Shown here: positions 9,398-19,585 of the stretch, piece by piece
How positions within the stretch are numbered: position 1 is the stretch's first letter
Layout of the letters: every line of letters starts with the position of its first letter
NCBI GenBank assembly: GCA_050287845.1
Contig: JBNKCR010000033.1
Coordinates: 1 to 59,677 of the forward strand
DNA: 59,677 bases
Direction: 5' to 3'
DNA from: Polyangia bacterium
Lineage (GTDB): Bacteria; Myxococcota_A; Polyangia; JAAYKL01
Position numbers and translations under genes: made by a program
The notes under the pieces: model-generated
The model's database searches: none
The model's input: only the letters and a program-made list of their open reading frames with translations
Told to the model about the DNA's origin: nothing

Positions 9398-10573
9398 TTA
9401 TGATGAAAAAAATGTTCCAAAAATCAAACCGGCAATGGTTGAGAGCACAACCACCAGCGCAACAAACACCAACGTTTTTCGGGTGCCCATCACGCTGCGA
9501 ATCACCAGCATATTGGGCAGCGACAGTGCAGGGCCCGCCAGCAGCAGCGCCAGGGCCGGCCCTTTTCCCATACCCGCGTTCAGTAACCCTTCCAGAATCG
9601 GTACCTCGGTAAGGGTGGCAAAATACATCAGTGCGCCCGCGAAGGATGCGAACAGATTGGCGCCAATAGAATTTCCGCCCACCATTGACGCAATCCACGT
9701 ATCGGGAATCACCCCCGCGCCGCCATCCGGCCCTCCCAGCAGAAACCCCGCAACGACCACCCCCGCCAAAAGCAGCGGCATAATCTGTTTGGCAAACATC
9801 CAGCTCGAATCCTTCCAATCGACCAGTTCGTCTTTATCAAACCATCGCCACAGGGTGAACCCCAGCAGCAGAACGAATGCACCGCTGACCCACCATTTCA
9901 CGCTGTGAACCGCTGAGAAAAAGCTGGTATCGCCTTCGCCGGGGTTTCCCCAGTTGGCGAAGATAAGAATACCGAGCATGGCCAGAAAATACAGACCATC
10001 CTGCCATAGCGGACGTCCATCGTCACTCTGAGGTATCACCACCTGACCACCGGCATTCGCTGCTTCTCCCTTGCGGAATATGATATGCATCGCCATGCCA
10101 ATGATAACGGAAAACAGAATTGCGCCAACTGCCCGGGCAATTCCCAGTTCCGCACCGAGCACTCTCGCGGTGAGAATAATGGCCAGCACATTGATGGCCG
10201 GACCGGAATAGAGAAACGCGGTGGCAGGACCAAGACCCGCGCCCCGCTTATGAATACTGGCAAAAAGCGGCAAAATGGTGCAGGAGCAGACGGCCAGAAT
10301 GGTACCTGAAACCGCGGCGACCGGATAGGCCACAAGCTTTTTCGCCCCCGGTCCAAGGTACTTCATCACGGCCCCCTGGCTGACAAACACACTGATGGCG
10401 CCGGCAATAAAAAAAGCGGGAACCAGGCACAACAGCACGTGCTCCTGCGCATACCACCTGAGCAGCTTCAGGCTTTCGCCGACTGCGTTCATGAAGACTT
10501 CGTTATTTACCGGCAGAAACCATACAGCGGCAAATATCGAAATCATCACCAGCAATTTTGTGCGTTCTTTCAT
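9398..10573 (-). CDS. arsP: ArsP/DUF318 permease
   Basis: EHVLLCLVPAFFIAG, AVCSCTILP, YFATLTEVPI and GPALSLP motifs; start ATG 10573 behind GAGGA. Confidence 0.85.
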   Translation of the reverse strand: MKERTKLLVMISIFAAVWFLPVNNEVFMNAVGESLKLLRWYAQEHVLLCLVPAFFIAGAISVFVSQGAVMKYLGPGAKKLVAYPVAAVSGTILAVCSCTILPLFASIHKRGAGLGPATAFLYSGPAINVLAIILTARVLGAELGIARAVGAILFSVIIGMAMHIIFRKGEAANAGGQVVIPQSDDGRPLWQDGLYFLAMLGILIFANWGNPGEGDTSFFSAVHSVKWWVSGAFVLLLGFTLWRWFDKDELVDWKDSSWMFAKQIMPLLLAGVVVAGFLLGGPDGGAGVIPDTWIASMVGGNSIGANLFASFAGALMYFATLTEVPILEGLLNAGMGKGPALALLLAGPALSLPNMLVIRSVMGTRKTLVFVALVVVLSTIAGLIFGTFFSS

Positions 10574-10589
10574 CAGCGTTTCCTCTATG

Positions 10590-10606
10590 TATGGCAATAT
10601 GGCCAT
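10590..10606. promoter_or_regulatory. Putative ArsR operator upstream of arsP
   Basis: TATGGC-AATA-TGGCCAT; 13 of 17 positions identical to the site at 10948-10964. Confidence 0.6.
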
Positions 10607-10631
10607 AATGCCAAAGTTGGAATAAAATTTT

Positions 10632-10922
10632 TTATCGCCGGTCTGTAATCACCTGGGTGGCGCAGGAAAAAAAGTTCAGCACACAGGGGGTCAACAGTGT
10701 GTAAAATACAACGTTTCCCTCACGCCTGTCCTCCACAATCCCATGGGAGCGAAGCACTGCCAGATGTTTGGAAACCGTTGACTGGTCCGACCCAATCATC
10801 TCCGTCAATTCGCCGACAGAACATTCCCCGCGGCTCAACCGATCTACAATCATCAGTCTGGATTCATTGGCCAGCGCCTTGAGTACTTTTGCCTGCTGTT
10901 TAAATATGGAACGTTCCGTCAT
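10632..10922 (-). CDS. arsR: ArsR/SmtB family regulator
   Basis: KALANESRLMIV...SVGEL...QSTVSKHLAVLR..GIV winged HTH; C-terminal CVLNFFSC. Confidence 0.9.
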   Translation of the reverse strand: MTERSIFKQQAKVLKALANESRLMIVDRLSRGECSVGELTEMIGSDQSTVSKHLAVLRSHGIVEDRREGNVVFYTLLTPCVLNFFSCATQVITDRR

Positions 10923-10947
10923 GCGTCACTCCTCACAGCAAAAAACA

Positions 10948-10964
10948 TATGGCGACTTGGCCAT
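10948..10964. promoter_or_regulatory. Putative ArsR operator upstream of the second arsR
   Basis: TATGGC-GACT-TGGCCAT, an imperfect palindrome repeated at 10590. Confidence 0.6.
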
Positions 10965-11000
10965 TTTGTCAACCGATTTAAGTTCCTTTGTCATATCTTC

Positions 11001-12230
11001 TTATTGGATTTCGCCCTCGGACGGCCTTGCACCGAACCAACCTTCGGTTTTCAGACAGATGCGCACCAGCATCAGCATCACCGGCACTTCGATGAGCACA
11101 CCCACAACGGTCGCCAATGACGCACCCGACGAAATACCAAACAGCATGGTCGATGTGGCAATGGCTACTTCAAAATGATTGGAGGCGCCAATCATGGCAG
11201 TGGGCGCGGCGTCTTCGTACTTCAGCTTCAGCAGTTTTGAAAGCACATATCCCAGCCCAAAAATGAATACGGTCTGAATAAACAGTGGCACGGAAATCCA
11301 CAGGATGGTCAATGGATTATCCAGGATAACATCGCCCTTGAAGGAAAACAGCAGCACCAGGGTCACCAGCAGCGCCACAATGGTAATGGGACTGAGCAGG
11401 TGCAGAAACTTCTCTTTAAACCATTGCTCCCCTTTAGCTCTGAGAATGAGTTTGCGGGAGACATATCCGGCCAGCAGTGGCAGCGCCACATAAACGCCAA
11501 TGGACAGAAGCAGCGCCTGCCATGGCACCGGCAATTTGCCCACGCCCAGCAAAAATCCTCCAAGAGGACCGTAGAGAAGCAGCATAGTCAGGGAGTTGAC
11601 TGCCACCATCATCAGAGTGTGTCCGTCATTTCCCCGTGCCAGAAATCCCCACACCAGCACCATCGCTGTGCAGGGCGCAATGCCCAGCAGAATAGTTCCG
11701 GCCAGATAGGACCGCCACAGGGGCACCTGCAACATTTTGATACCGTCGTGCAGCACCACCGTACCTTCGCCGTAGGTCTGACCAACATTCAGGTCAAGTC
11801 CAAGGGGCATCTTCACCAGATCCACCGCTTCCATTCCGATAAAATTGATAAACAGGGTGCCAAGGAAAAATGCCGAAATCGCATACATCGTAAACGGCTT
11901 AATGGCCCAGTTCAAAAACAGCGTGAGTCCCAGTGGCTTCACATTTTTGCCCGCTTGAAGCACTTCGGTGAAATCGATTTTTACCATAATCGGATACATC
12001 ATAAAAAACAGACATACGGCGATGGGAATGGAAATAACCGGCGCGCCATTCACATTGACCGAAAGTCCATCCAGATATCCGGCTATCGAGGGCGCCAGCT
12101 TTCCAAGTCCGATGCCAGCGCCAATGCACAGCAGCACCCACACGGTGAGATATTTTTCAAAAAACCCGAGCCCCTGGGGCTCTTTGGCAATGCACGCTTC
12201 TGTTGAAGTCACCTGTTCCTCCGATTCCAT
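11001..12230 (-). CDS. acr3: Acr3 arsenite efflux transporter
   Basis: [36 protein letters not shown] and [10 protein letters not shown] motifs; start ATG 12230. Confidence 0.95.
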   Translation of the reverse strand: MESEEQVTSTEACIAKEPQGLGFFEKYLTVWVLLCIGAGIGLGKLAPSIAGYLDGLSVNVNGAPVISIPIAVCLFFMMYPIMVKIDFTEVLQAGKNVKPLGLTLFLNWAIKPFTMYAISAFFLGTLFINFIGMEAVDLVKMPLGLDLNVGQTYGEGTVVLHDGIKMLQVPLWRSYLAGTILLGIAPCTAMVLVWGFLARGNDGHTLMMVAVNSLTMLLLYGPLGGFLLGVGKLPVPWQALLLSIGVYVALPLLAGYVSRKLILRAKGEQWFKEKFLHLLSPITIVALLVTLVLLFSFKGDVILDNPLTILWISVPLFIQTVFIFGLGYVLSKLLKLKYEDAAPTAMIGASNHFEVAIATSTMLFGISSGASLATVVGVLIEVPVMLMLVRICLKTEGWFGARPSEGEIQ

Positions 12231-12237
12231 CTGCCAG

Positions 12238-12603
12238 TTATTTCCGCGCCTGTACGCCACAGGATTCCCCGGTCTGTTTTCGGGACATCCAGCTCTGATA
12301 CTTCTGTTCTGTTTCGGCGTTCTCCATGGAAAGAATCAGCTTTTTATTCGCAGCGATAATTCGTCCGGCCTGGTCTCTGGTGGTGCGCGGAATATCGTAA
12401 TACACCCAGATACCTTCCCGTCGATCTGTCAGCAACCCGGCGTTGCGCAGATACCGCAGATGTCTGGATGCCTTGGACTGAGAAACCCCCAGAACCCCTT
12501 CTACATCACACACACACATTTCACCATGGCGGAGAATCAGAAACAGAATCGTCAATCTCGTCTCATCGGCCATGGCTCTAAAAATTTCTGCAAATACGCG
12601 CAT
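12238..12603 (-). CDS. arsR: ArsR family repressor with CVC As(III) site
   Basis: GEMCVCDV...[26 protein letters not shown]; directly upstream of acr3. Confidence 0.92.
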   Translation of the reverse strand: MRVFAEIFRAMADETRLTILFLILRHGEMCVCDVEGVLGVSQSKASRHLRYLRNAGLLTDRREGIWVYYDIPRTTRDQAGRIIAANKKLILSMENAETEQKYQSWMSRKQTGESCGVQARK

Positions 12604-12622
12604 ACCGCCTCCTGACTAAACC

Positions 12623-12648
12623 CATATAACCGCTTAAGCGAGTATGTG
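12623..12648. promoter_or_regulatory. Putative ArsR operator of arsR-acr3
   Basis: CATATA-AC-CGCTTAAGCG-AG-TATGTG with a perfect palindromic core at 12631-12640, about 20 nt upstream of arsR. Confidence 0.6.
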
Positions 12649-13075
12649 CAAGTGATAGAATTAAATATGCGACCACAGCATCGCCGGGGTATCACATGGA
12701 ATGTGGCAGATTGGTTCGCCGTACACTGTCGCTGTAATCAAAGAAAGCAACATGCCTGAAATCGGAATTGTAACCCATCAAAATCATGTAAGAATTTTCA
12801 AACAGGGTTATGAGCATATTTGTAAATCTGGCGTATTCCGGCGTGTAGCAAGCATATGATGCGATCATGATTCACCTTCGCGCCGGGCGCACCGTCAGGC
12901 GTGTTCCCGGAGGCATCCCATACTCCCCCGAAGGAGCCCGCAGTATATTTGCCGCCTTTGCCCCTGCCTTCCCCCTCCGGTCGATTTTCCACCCTCATTC
13001 CCCCCTGAATTACAACGCATCAATGAACAACAATAATGAGCTTGTTTACACAGGGCATCGACCAAAGGAGAAAAA

Positions 13076-15028
13076 ATGAATAAGAAACTTTTATTGTTCG
13101 TAATGGCGATATTTTTGCTGGCCGCCATGGGATGCAATGAAGACAGCACAAAGTCAGATGACTCGGGAGGAGATACCGATTCAGACACTGATACCGACAC
13201 GGATTCGGATACGGATTCAGATATGGATTCAGATACGGATTCGGATACAGACACCGATACCGATACCGATACCGATACCGACAGTGATAGCGACACGGAC
13301 ACAGACACCGATACCGATACAGACACCGACCCCGATGCCTGTCAGTACGATTGCACTCCCCACTGCGTGTCCTGGGGGGGGGCAACGATGGAAGGGACAT
13401 GTGAAGATGGCCTGAAATGCTGTGATGGGTACACGGCGCCGGACGCGGACACCGACACCGATACGGACACCGATACCGATACAGACACCGACGCCGACAC
13501 AGATACCGATACCGATACAGACACCGACACCGATACAGACACGGAACCGGAATCTGTCGGCTGTGAGGTATTTCCCGATTATCCCGGTGTGGACAAAAGC
13601 AACCTGTACACGGTCACCGTGAATGGCTCCCCCATTTTCGTGGAAAAGATGAGCAAGTACTCGCCACATATGCAGGTGCACTACGCCCATTGTGCCATGA
13701 CCAAAGATGTTCAAATGGATGTGAAGGTCACCGTGAGTGGCGGTTTCAACTCCCACACACTCAGCCCCAGGAGCCGGGAAATCGCCACCTCTAAAGACGG
13801 GGACACACTTAGCTTCAGCAGTGGGTCCAACTACCTGATTCTCAAGGTGGATTCAAAGGAACTCCTGTTCATTCTGCTCGATCCCCCCGAAGAAAACCCA
13901 CCCAGACCCGATGACGCGAATGTGAGAAACCTGGCCGACTACAACGCGGACAATACAGGACAGCAATTGGCAACATCCCAAATCCAGTCTGCCATCGATG
14001 ACGCTTCGGGCTCCGACCAGAATATCGTCTACGTGCCCCCCGGTCGCTACAAGATTGGGGAGTTGTGGATGAAGAGCGATATGACCATGTATCTGGCTGG
14101 CGGCGCCCTTTTCTATGGTTCCAACTCCACAGGAGATTTCAATACCGGCAATGGGGGCATCAACATCGAGGGATGCTCCCACGGGGTGATTCGGATGTAC
14201 CAGATCAGCAACGCCAAACTCCTTGGGCGAGGTGCCATCGACGGCAACGGCATTTCGATTCGGGCGCAGAACGACACAAAAATCAATCTGCTGAAAATCG
14301 AGCAGAGCTCCGACATTCTGGTGGAGGGCGTCACTGTCCGGGATTCCAGTTTCTGGAACACACTCATCTATCGGAGCGACAATGTCCGGATTGAAAACTA
14401 CAAAATGATTAACTGCCGCCCCAATACAGACTGGAACAATACCGACGGCGTCGACTTCGACGAATCCACCAATGGCGTGCTGTACAACGCCTTCCTGTAC
14501 ACCGGCGACGACAGTATGGCGACTAAGAATGAAGAGCCCAACGGGACGGTGAACACCAAAGATATTCTCCACGAGCATGTGGTGGCGTACAGCAACTCGG
14601 TGGGTTGTAAGATTGGCACCAAATCCATGGGGCAGAGCATGGATAATGTGGTTTTTAAAGATATTGATGTGGTCGCCGCCGGCCGCGCTCTCACCATGGA
14701 GGGATACGATTCCGCCGTAATCCGAAATACGACTTACGAGGACGTCCGGGTTGAAGAAGCGGGTGTGTTCATCAAGCTGGCGCTGGACGAGCCCCCGGAC
14801 TGGCGCTCCGCAGCCAATTCAAGCACGTACATTGATACTTATTTCACCAACGTGACTTCGTATGGCAACAGAACCGTTCAGCTGCACGGCAGATCGGGAA
14901 GCAATGGCACCATCAACGGCGTTCACTTTAAAAACCTCGTGATTCAGGGCAACCCGGTCACCAGCCAGAACGACCCGGACGCCAGCTGGAACATCGCCAA
15001 CGGCGTGACCAACATCACCTTCGAGTGA
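13076..15028 (+). CDS. Lipoprotein: Asp-Thr tethers, Cys-rich minidomain and GH28-like beta-helix glycoside hydrolase
   Basis: Lipobox AMGC; IQSAIDD...VYVPPGRY; NTDGVDF and GDD motifs; RBS AAGGAG. Confidence 0.85.
   Translation: MNKKLLLFVMAIFLLAAMGCNEDSTKSDDSGGDTDSDTDTDTDSDTDSDMDSDTDSDTDTDTDTDTDTDSDSDTDTDTDTDTDTDPDACQYDCTPHCVSWGGATMEGTCEDGLKCCDGYTAPDADTDTDTDTDTDTDTDADTDTDTDTDTDTDTDTEPESVGCEVFPDYPGVDKSNLYTVTVNGSPIFVEKMSKYSPHMQVHYAHCAMTKDVQMDVKVTVSGGFNSHTLSPRSREIATSKDGDTLSFSSGSNYLILKVDSKELLFILLDPPEENPPRPDDANVRNLADYNADNTGQQLATSQIQSAIDDASGSDQNIVYVPPGRYKIGELWMKSDMTMYLAGGALFYGSNSTGDFNTGNGGINIEGCSHGVIRMYQISNAKLLGRGAIDGNGISIRAQNDTKINLLKIEQSSDILVEGVTVRDSSFWNTLIYRSDNVRIENYKMINCRPNTDWNNTDGVDFDESTNGVLYNAFLYTGDDSMATKNEEPNGTVNTKDILHEHVVAYSNSVGCKIGTKSMGQSMDNVVFKDIDVVAAGRALTMEGYDSAVIRNTTYEDVRVEEAGVFIKLALDEPPDWRSAANSSTYIDTYFTNVTSYGNRTVQLHGRSGSNGTINGVHFKNLVIQGNPVTSQNDPDASWNIANGVTNITFE
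13172..13330 (+). repeat. (Asp-Thr/Ser)n coding repeat 1
   Basis: GAY-ACN/TCN hexamer array with synonymous variation. Confidence 0.95.
13442..13543 (+). repeat. (Asp-Thr)n coding repeat 2
   Basis: GAY-ACN hexamer array. Confidence 0.95.
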
Positions 15029-15244
15029 TTGTCTTCCTGGCGCACCAGTGTTCCAACCCACTTTTCAATCCAATTTAAAAGACGCCAGCTCTGCCGTCTC
15101 ACTTCGGTTGTCTGCAACTATTCTCCGGTCCTCGAAATCCCCTGGCCAGGGAAAACGCAACGGAATGCCACCAATTGCCCCATGGCTGGCTCCTGTTTAC
15201 AGAGTGTTGCGCAATTGCCTCACTCTGCAGAATGGGAGGAAATC

Positions 15245-15466
15245 ATGAAAGCAAACATGGGAACCATCGACAGGCTGATTCGTTTCATTTTCGCGGTGGC
15301 TGTAGCCGTACTGTTTGTCACCGGAATACTCACTGGTCCAGTGGCCATCGGCCTGGGCGCATTGGCAGTAATCATGGTGGCGACGGCAGCGGTCAGCTGG
15401 TGCCCGCTGTACATTCCGCTACACATTTCCACCAGGAAAAAAGATGAACTGCCCAAATCGGTATAG
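15245..15466 (+). CDS. DUF2892/YgaP-like small membrane protein
   Basis: MKANMGTIDRLIR...TAAVSWCPLY..LHIST; RBS GGAGGA. Confidence 0.9.
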   Translation: MKANMGTIDRLIRFIFAVAVAVLFVTGILTGPVAIGLGALAVIMVATAAVSWCPLYIPLHISTRKKDELPKSV

Positions 15467-15515
15467 TTCGGACTGAAAAGCCGTATCGAGGGTCGGGACT
15501 GAAACGCCTGTTCAT

Positions 15516-17063
15516 TTACTCCGCAGCCGAACAGAATGTCACATCGGCACAGTAGGTTTCGTCTTCGCTTTCATAATTGAGATATGAGCCATCTGTCAGT
15601 GGTAAAAATCCACTTGAACTTCCCTCATCACAGACGCTGATGTGCATTTTTGCGTTCTCGTCGAACCAGGTGGATTCCGTCACACTGGTGCGCGGGTACG
15701 TATGCGCAAATTGCAGCGTGCCATCCCCATTGAATGATGCCCAGAAATATCCCCATCCATCACCTGAATTGCCGGGCGTCGGCCGATACTTCAGCGCCAT
15801 CGCATGTTCTCCTGTACCCAGCAGCGCACTGTTAAAAAACGTTCCCCTGAAAAATATCTCTCCCGCTGGGCCCACCTGGAAACCATTGCCCATGAACTCC
15901 CCTTTACTTTCAGTTAAATCACTGTACGTCAGCCAATTGATGTGCAGTTGCGCATCCAGATGAATAATAAAAAGCCGCGAAGATCCGCCACCACCAAGCA
16001 ATTGGTACCTGAGTAACTGCGATTTGCCTGAAGCATCCGTGGCAATCATATTATACATAAAATTCCCCGCCACATAGAATGACCCGTCATTCCTTTCCAG
16101 CGTCTTCCACCATACCTCAAGAGGTCCATCGATTTCTTTGGACAGGAGTGTCAATGACTGAACCAGATCCCGCTGCGCATCGAGAATATCGAGAATCATG
16201 TCAGACGACAGGCCGAATGCCCCCGTATTGCTGGTGCCGGACAATGCGTAGCCGCCGTTTTGAAGCGAAAAAAATTCTGTGGGAATCATAGCCTGTTCCA
16301 ACTGTTTCAACCACGACAGACTGCCATCGATAGAAATCGCAGCGATGAGAGGCATGCTCTCCACTTCCAGAGCGTTCAGAAAGGGAGTGGTGACAGGTAT
16401 GGCCAGTAACAGGTCGTCACTCCCGATGGCCGCGTTCAACACCGGTCTGCGGGATCTATGGACGGCGTGTTCCAGGTCGGGAAGCGTCTCGCCAGAAAGA
16501 GTCAGCACATCCATCACATTGATATGAAACAGAACTTCACCGGTTAAATCGAATCGTGTCAAATAAAGTTCATCATCAAGGACATACATCACGGCTATCG
16601 CATCCGGGAAAATTTTGACGTCGTATATGGATTCTGCTTCGATGGGGATTTCACTCGTCCATTCAGCCGTCGTATCTCCCGTATAATACGACATCACCTG
16701 TTCCCGATGATCAATCGCAACATAGGTTCCATCTCCTTCGGTGAAAACGGAATAGTGTTCATCCAATGTCGCATTGGGGAGCATTTGCGGCACATCACTG
16801 ACTTCACAGGGATTGGTGAAGGTAGCCAAAGGAATCTTATATTCAGTATCCGCGGGTTCGGATGCGGTTCCCGTATCTGCAGCTGATTCGGTATCGCTGC
16901 TATCCGTGGCGTGGATCATTTCCTCCACGGATTCAATGGTCTCGTCCGTCGACGCCACCAGGTAATCCGCACCACAGCCAATCTGCACGGAAATGATTCC
17001 CAGGAGTATCGCAACCTGCACCTGCAACTTACACATTTGAACGCCATAATTGCTTTTGTTCAT
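15516..17063 (-). CDS. Lipoprotein, probable beta-propeller (module 1 cargo)
   Basis: Lipobox QIGC followed by GADYLVA; acidic linker; repeated beta-rich units (DGSLSWLKQ, DGSFYVAG, DGTLQFAH). Confidence 0.65.
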   Translation of the reverse strand: MNKSNYGVQMCKLQVQVAILLGIISVQIGCGADYLVASTDETIESVEEMIHATDSSDTESAADTGTASEPADTEYKIPLATFTNPCEVSDVPQMLPNATLDEHYSVFTEGDGTYVAIDHREQVMSYYTGDTTAEWTSEIPIEAESIYDVKIFPDAIAVMYVLDDELYLTRFDLTGEVLFHINVMDVLTLSGETLPDLEHAVHRSRRPVLNAAIGSDDLLLAIPVTTPFLNALEVESMPLIAAISIDGSLSWLKQLEQAMIPTEFFSLQNGGYALSGTSNTGAFGLSSDMILDILDAQRDLVQSLTLLSKEIDGPLEVWWKTLERNDGSFYVAGNFMYNMIATDASGKSQLLRYQLLGGGGSSRLFIIHLDAQLHINWLTYSDLTESKGEFMGNGFQVGPAGEIFFRGTFFNSALLGTGEHAMALKYRPTPGNSGDGWGYFWASFNGDGTLQFAHTYPRTSVTESTWFDENAKMHISVCDEGSSSGFLPLTDGSYLNYESEDETYCADVTFCSAAE

Positions 17064-17138
17064 CGCAACCTTCCTTTCAGGTATCTACCCGTGAGGTGGA
17101 AATGATGATGAAACAGAGACACAGCTTGCGTACATTTT

Positions 17139-18290
17139 TTATTCCTTTCCATAGCAGGGAACTGCAATTCCCAGCTGAACCATGGGCGACGCCAGCCATG
17201 GACTCAGTATCGTACGCGTGCCGTTTGCATACGCTACCGTATAGTCGGGCCGCTGTGGCAGGAGATCAACCCCAAGGCCCAGAACCACATACACACTGCG
17301 GGTGATTGCCAGCGACAGCCGGGCACCGGCGTAGACTGACCACTGCCAGAACAGATTTCGAGATGCCGGTGTAAACACATCCAGTTCGGGAGTGACCTCC
17401 GCTTTGATCATGTTCAACGTCAGTCCGAGAAGAACCGCAAACTCCACTCCCCCTTTTCGTATCATCAGACGTCCGCCCAGCTGCATCGGATGCGGCGTGA
17501 TGCGCAATGACACCTGGTCATCCGCTTTCGTCTGCGAAAAGGAAATCACATAATGGGCATAAAACGAAAGTCGCGACCACGGATTGACAGCGGCCAGAAT
17601 CTCAATTCCCTGAAATGGGGAAAACCGCCGAGCCACAAAGGTCAGGTGGTATCCAGTACCCAGCGTCGCAACCGCATTTTTATACGGCGTTTTTCTCCGT
17701 TCCGGGGACATCTTCTGACGTTGCGGATAAAGTTCATCATCCAGAAAAATTTCTCCGGGTGGTTGCGCAGCAGACTCATGAACTTCGTCGTCTTTTTCCA
17801 GCTGCACCGCATCGAGCATGCGATTGAGAATCAACGCGGTGATTTCTGCCATGGCACTCTCATCATTGGTTGCAATCGGACGCGACATTCTCCACGGGTC
17901 GCCAGAATTGAAAAAGACGGTCTTCAGAATGTATCCGTCACCTGATTCAACCAACCAGAAACAACCGATTGCGCCGCTGTCAAGACAATGAGATTCCTCG
18001 TCCTGCCGGTTTTGGGGCTCGGAATGGGAAACCGCGCCAACGTGATCCGATTCCAGGGAGATGCCACCAACATCAAGGCGCGCAATCACTTTGCGCAAAA
18101 GATTCGTTCCATTTCCCAGGTTGCGCTGTATCCCATCGGTCACCAGAAACAGCACCCGCGCATCGCTTTTTTCTGCTGCCGCTCGCGCCAGAGACTGTTT
18201 CGTATTGGTGGCATCCGCCTGAAGTGACGTTGCCACCACAACACTGCAGCTAAAGATGAATATCAGCCAGTGTATCCGCGAAATCATCAA
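17139..18290 (-). CDS. Secreted protein: periplasmic alpha/beta domain plus probable small outer-membrane beta-barrel (module 1)
   Basis: Signal peptide; Pro/charged linker; about 8 amphipathic strands; paralog of 20532-21611; overlaps the FecR gene. Confidence 0.6.
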   Translation of the reverse strand: MMISRIHWLIFIFSCSVVVATSLQADATNTKQSLARAAAEKSDARVLFLVTDGIQRNLGNGTNLLRKVIARLDVGGISLESDHVGAVSHSEPQNRQDEESHCLDSGAIGCFWLVESGDGYILKTVFFNSGDPWRMSRPIATNDESAMAEITALILNRMLDAVQLEKDDEVHESAAQPPGEIFLDDELYPQRQKMSPERRKTPYKNAVATLGTGYHLTFVARRFSPFQGIEILAAVNPWSRLSFYAHYVISFSQTKADDQVSLRITPHPMQLGGRLMIRKGGVEFAVLLGLTLNMIKAEVTPELDVFTPASRNLFWQWSVYAGARLSLAITRSVYVVLGLGVDLLPQRPDYTVAYANGTRTILSPWLASPMVQLGIAVPCYGKE

Positions 18291-19585
18291 TCGGGATGGC
18301 TCCCCTGTGGATGCAGCTGCCTCAGCCGATGGTTGGCCCGTGCCGCATACAACGTTTGTGGAAACTCGCCCACAACCCGTTCCAGCACTTCCATCTCCGC
18401 TTCCGGTCGCGCCAACATCCGAAACGCATCGGCCTGTCCCAGATAGACTTCCGGCTGGAGCGTTGTGGCGCCGCTCTGTAAATATCGGTCAAACCATTTC
18501 AGCGCCAGCTGCGGCTTTCTCTGTTTTTCCAGATACAGATTGGCCAATGCCACCATCGCGGTTCGAGATTCCGGCCGAGTGCTGTATGTGTCAATAAGTT
18601 GCAGATAGGTGTCCGCAGCAGCCTGCCAGTTGCCGGCGCTCCGATACTGTTCCACTTTTTCATGGAGCATATTCAATGATGGTTTGTCGACACTGGAAAC
18701 AGCTTGAGGTGTGGCCCGTCTGGTGACTGACCTTATCTGTTCCCTTTCGTCGGATTCTTCCGCATGGTGGCTGAGAGTATCCGTTTCCGGGTCATATCCC
18801 GCCACCAGCCCCATCCCAACCATCTGCCATTTTTCCCCCGCAAGAGATTGAATGGGTACCGTTTCAGCAGACGTGTGAGACATATTGAGCATGTTTCCCG
18901 CTTTCAAAACATGAACGGTCTCCTGGGAGTCGAAAATACGCACCACGCCTTCCAATACTTTCACCTCGGTCGATTGCTTCCGCACCTCAACAGATAAGAC
19001 GGTACCCGTCACGTGAATCGAGCCATACGGCGTAAGAATCTTCAATGGTTCATTCTTAAAGGCCGGGGCTTTTGAAAAACAGATCCGCCCGTGCGCCAGC
19101 CATATCTGAATCTCTCCGGGAGCCGATGGCAGTACCTGGTATCCCGTTCCGGCCGGAACCGCCATCCGGACGCCGGCGGACAGTCTGCGAATATCCCAGC
19201 GCGTATTGTCGTCGATTCCCGCCTCATGCGATTTCGTCGAGTCTCCATTTCCACGAAGTGGTTTCGCTGACGTATTGTCGGCAAAATGCGATGAGGATGA
19301 CGCTGACTTCTCTTCAACCATCAACCGATACAGCAATGCCATACCGGCAACAAGCATCGCTGCGACCGCGACCCGGAGGAGCGGACGGGATACAGGGCGA
19401 TTTCGCTCCATCAACGTTCCATGCACTGCGCCCCGCCGTCCAGAATCCATCACGTTGCGTATCACTCGCTTTTTCTGCAGTTCATCCACACGAATATTGG
19501 CAGACTGACGGGACACTTCCAGAAACAACGCGTCCAGACGATCATCCGACAAAGTCAATTCATGTGCCTGAGATTTGCGTCTCAT
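18287..19585 (-). CDS. FecR-domain anti-sigma factor with C-terminal TPR (module 1)
   Basis: Single TM; FecR core TPYGSIHVTGTVLSVEV...VKVLEGVVRI; TPR helices at the C-terminus; overlaps the sigma stop. Confidence 0.85.
   Translation of the reverse strand: MRRKSQAHELTLSDDRLDALFLEVSRQSANIRVDELQKKRVIRNVMDSGRRGAVHGTLMERNRPVSRPLLRVAVAAMLVAGMALLYRLMVEEKSASSSSHFADNTSAKPLRGNGDSTKSHEAGIDDNTRWDIRRLSAGVRMAVPAGTGYQVLPSAPGEIQIWLAHGRICFSKAPAFKNEPLKILTPYGSIHVTGTVLSVEVRKQSTEVKVLEGVVRIFDSQETVHVLKAGNMLNMSHTSAETVPIQSLAGEKWQMVGMGLVAGYDPETDTLSHHAEESDEREQIRSVTRRATPQAVSSVDKPSLNMLHEKVEQYRSAGNWQAAADTYLQLIDTYSTRPESRTAMVALANLYLEKQRKPQLALKWFDRYLQSGATTLQPEVYLGQADAFRMLARPEAEMEVLERVVGEFPQTLYAARANHRLRQLHPQGSHPD

Noticed and set aside
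9366..9818. 232-aa thioredoxin with long N-terminus
   Set aside because: The extension overlaps arsP out of frame; an RBS supports the start at 9365.
12860..13010. GC-rich hairpins upstream of the GH28-like gene as a riboswitch
   Set aside because: I could not match c-di-GMP, cobalamin, TPP or SAM consensus on either strand; an Infernal/Rfam scan would settle it.
12895..13756. ORFs of SVSVSV, RYRYRY, IPIPIP and IGIGVG repeats
   Set aside because: Antisense or off-frame shadows of the Asp-Thr repeats in the GH28-like gene.
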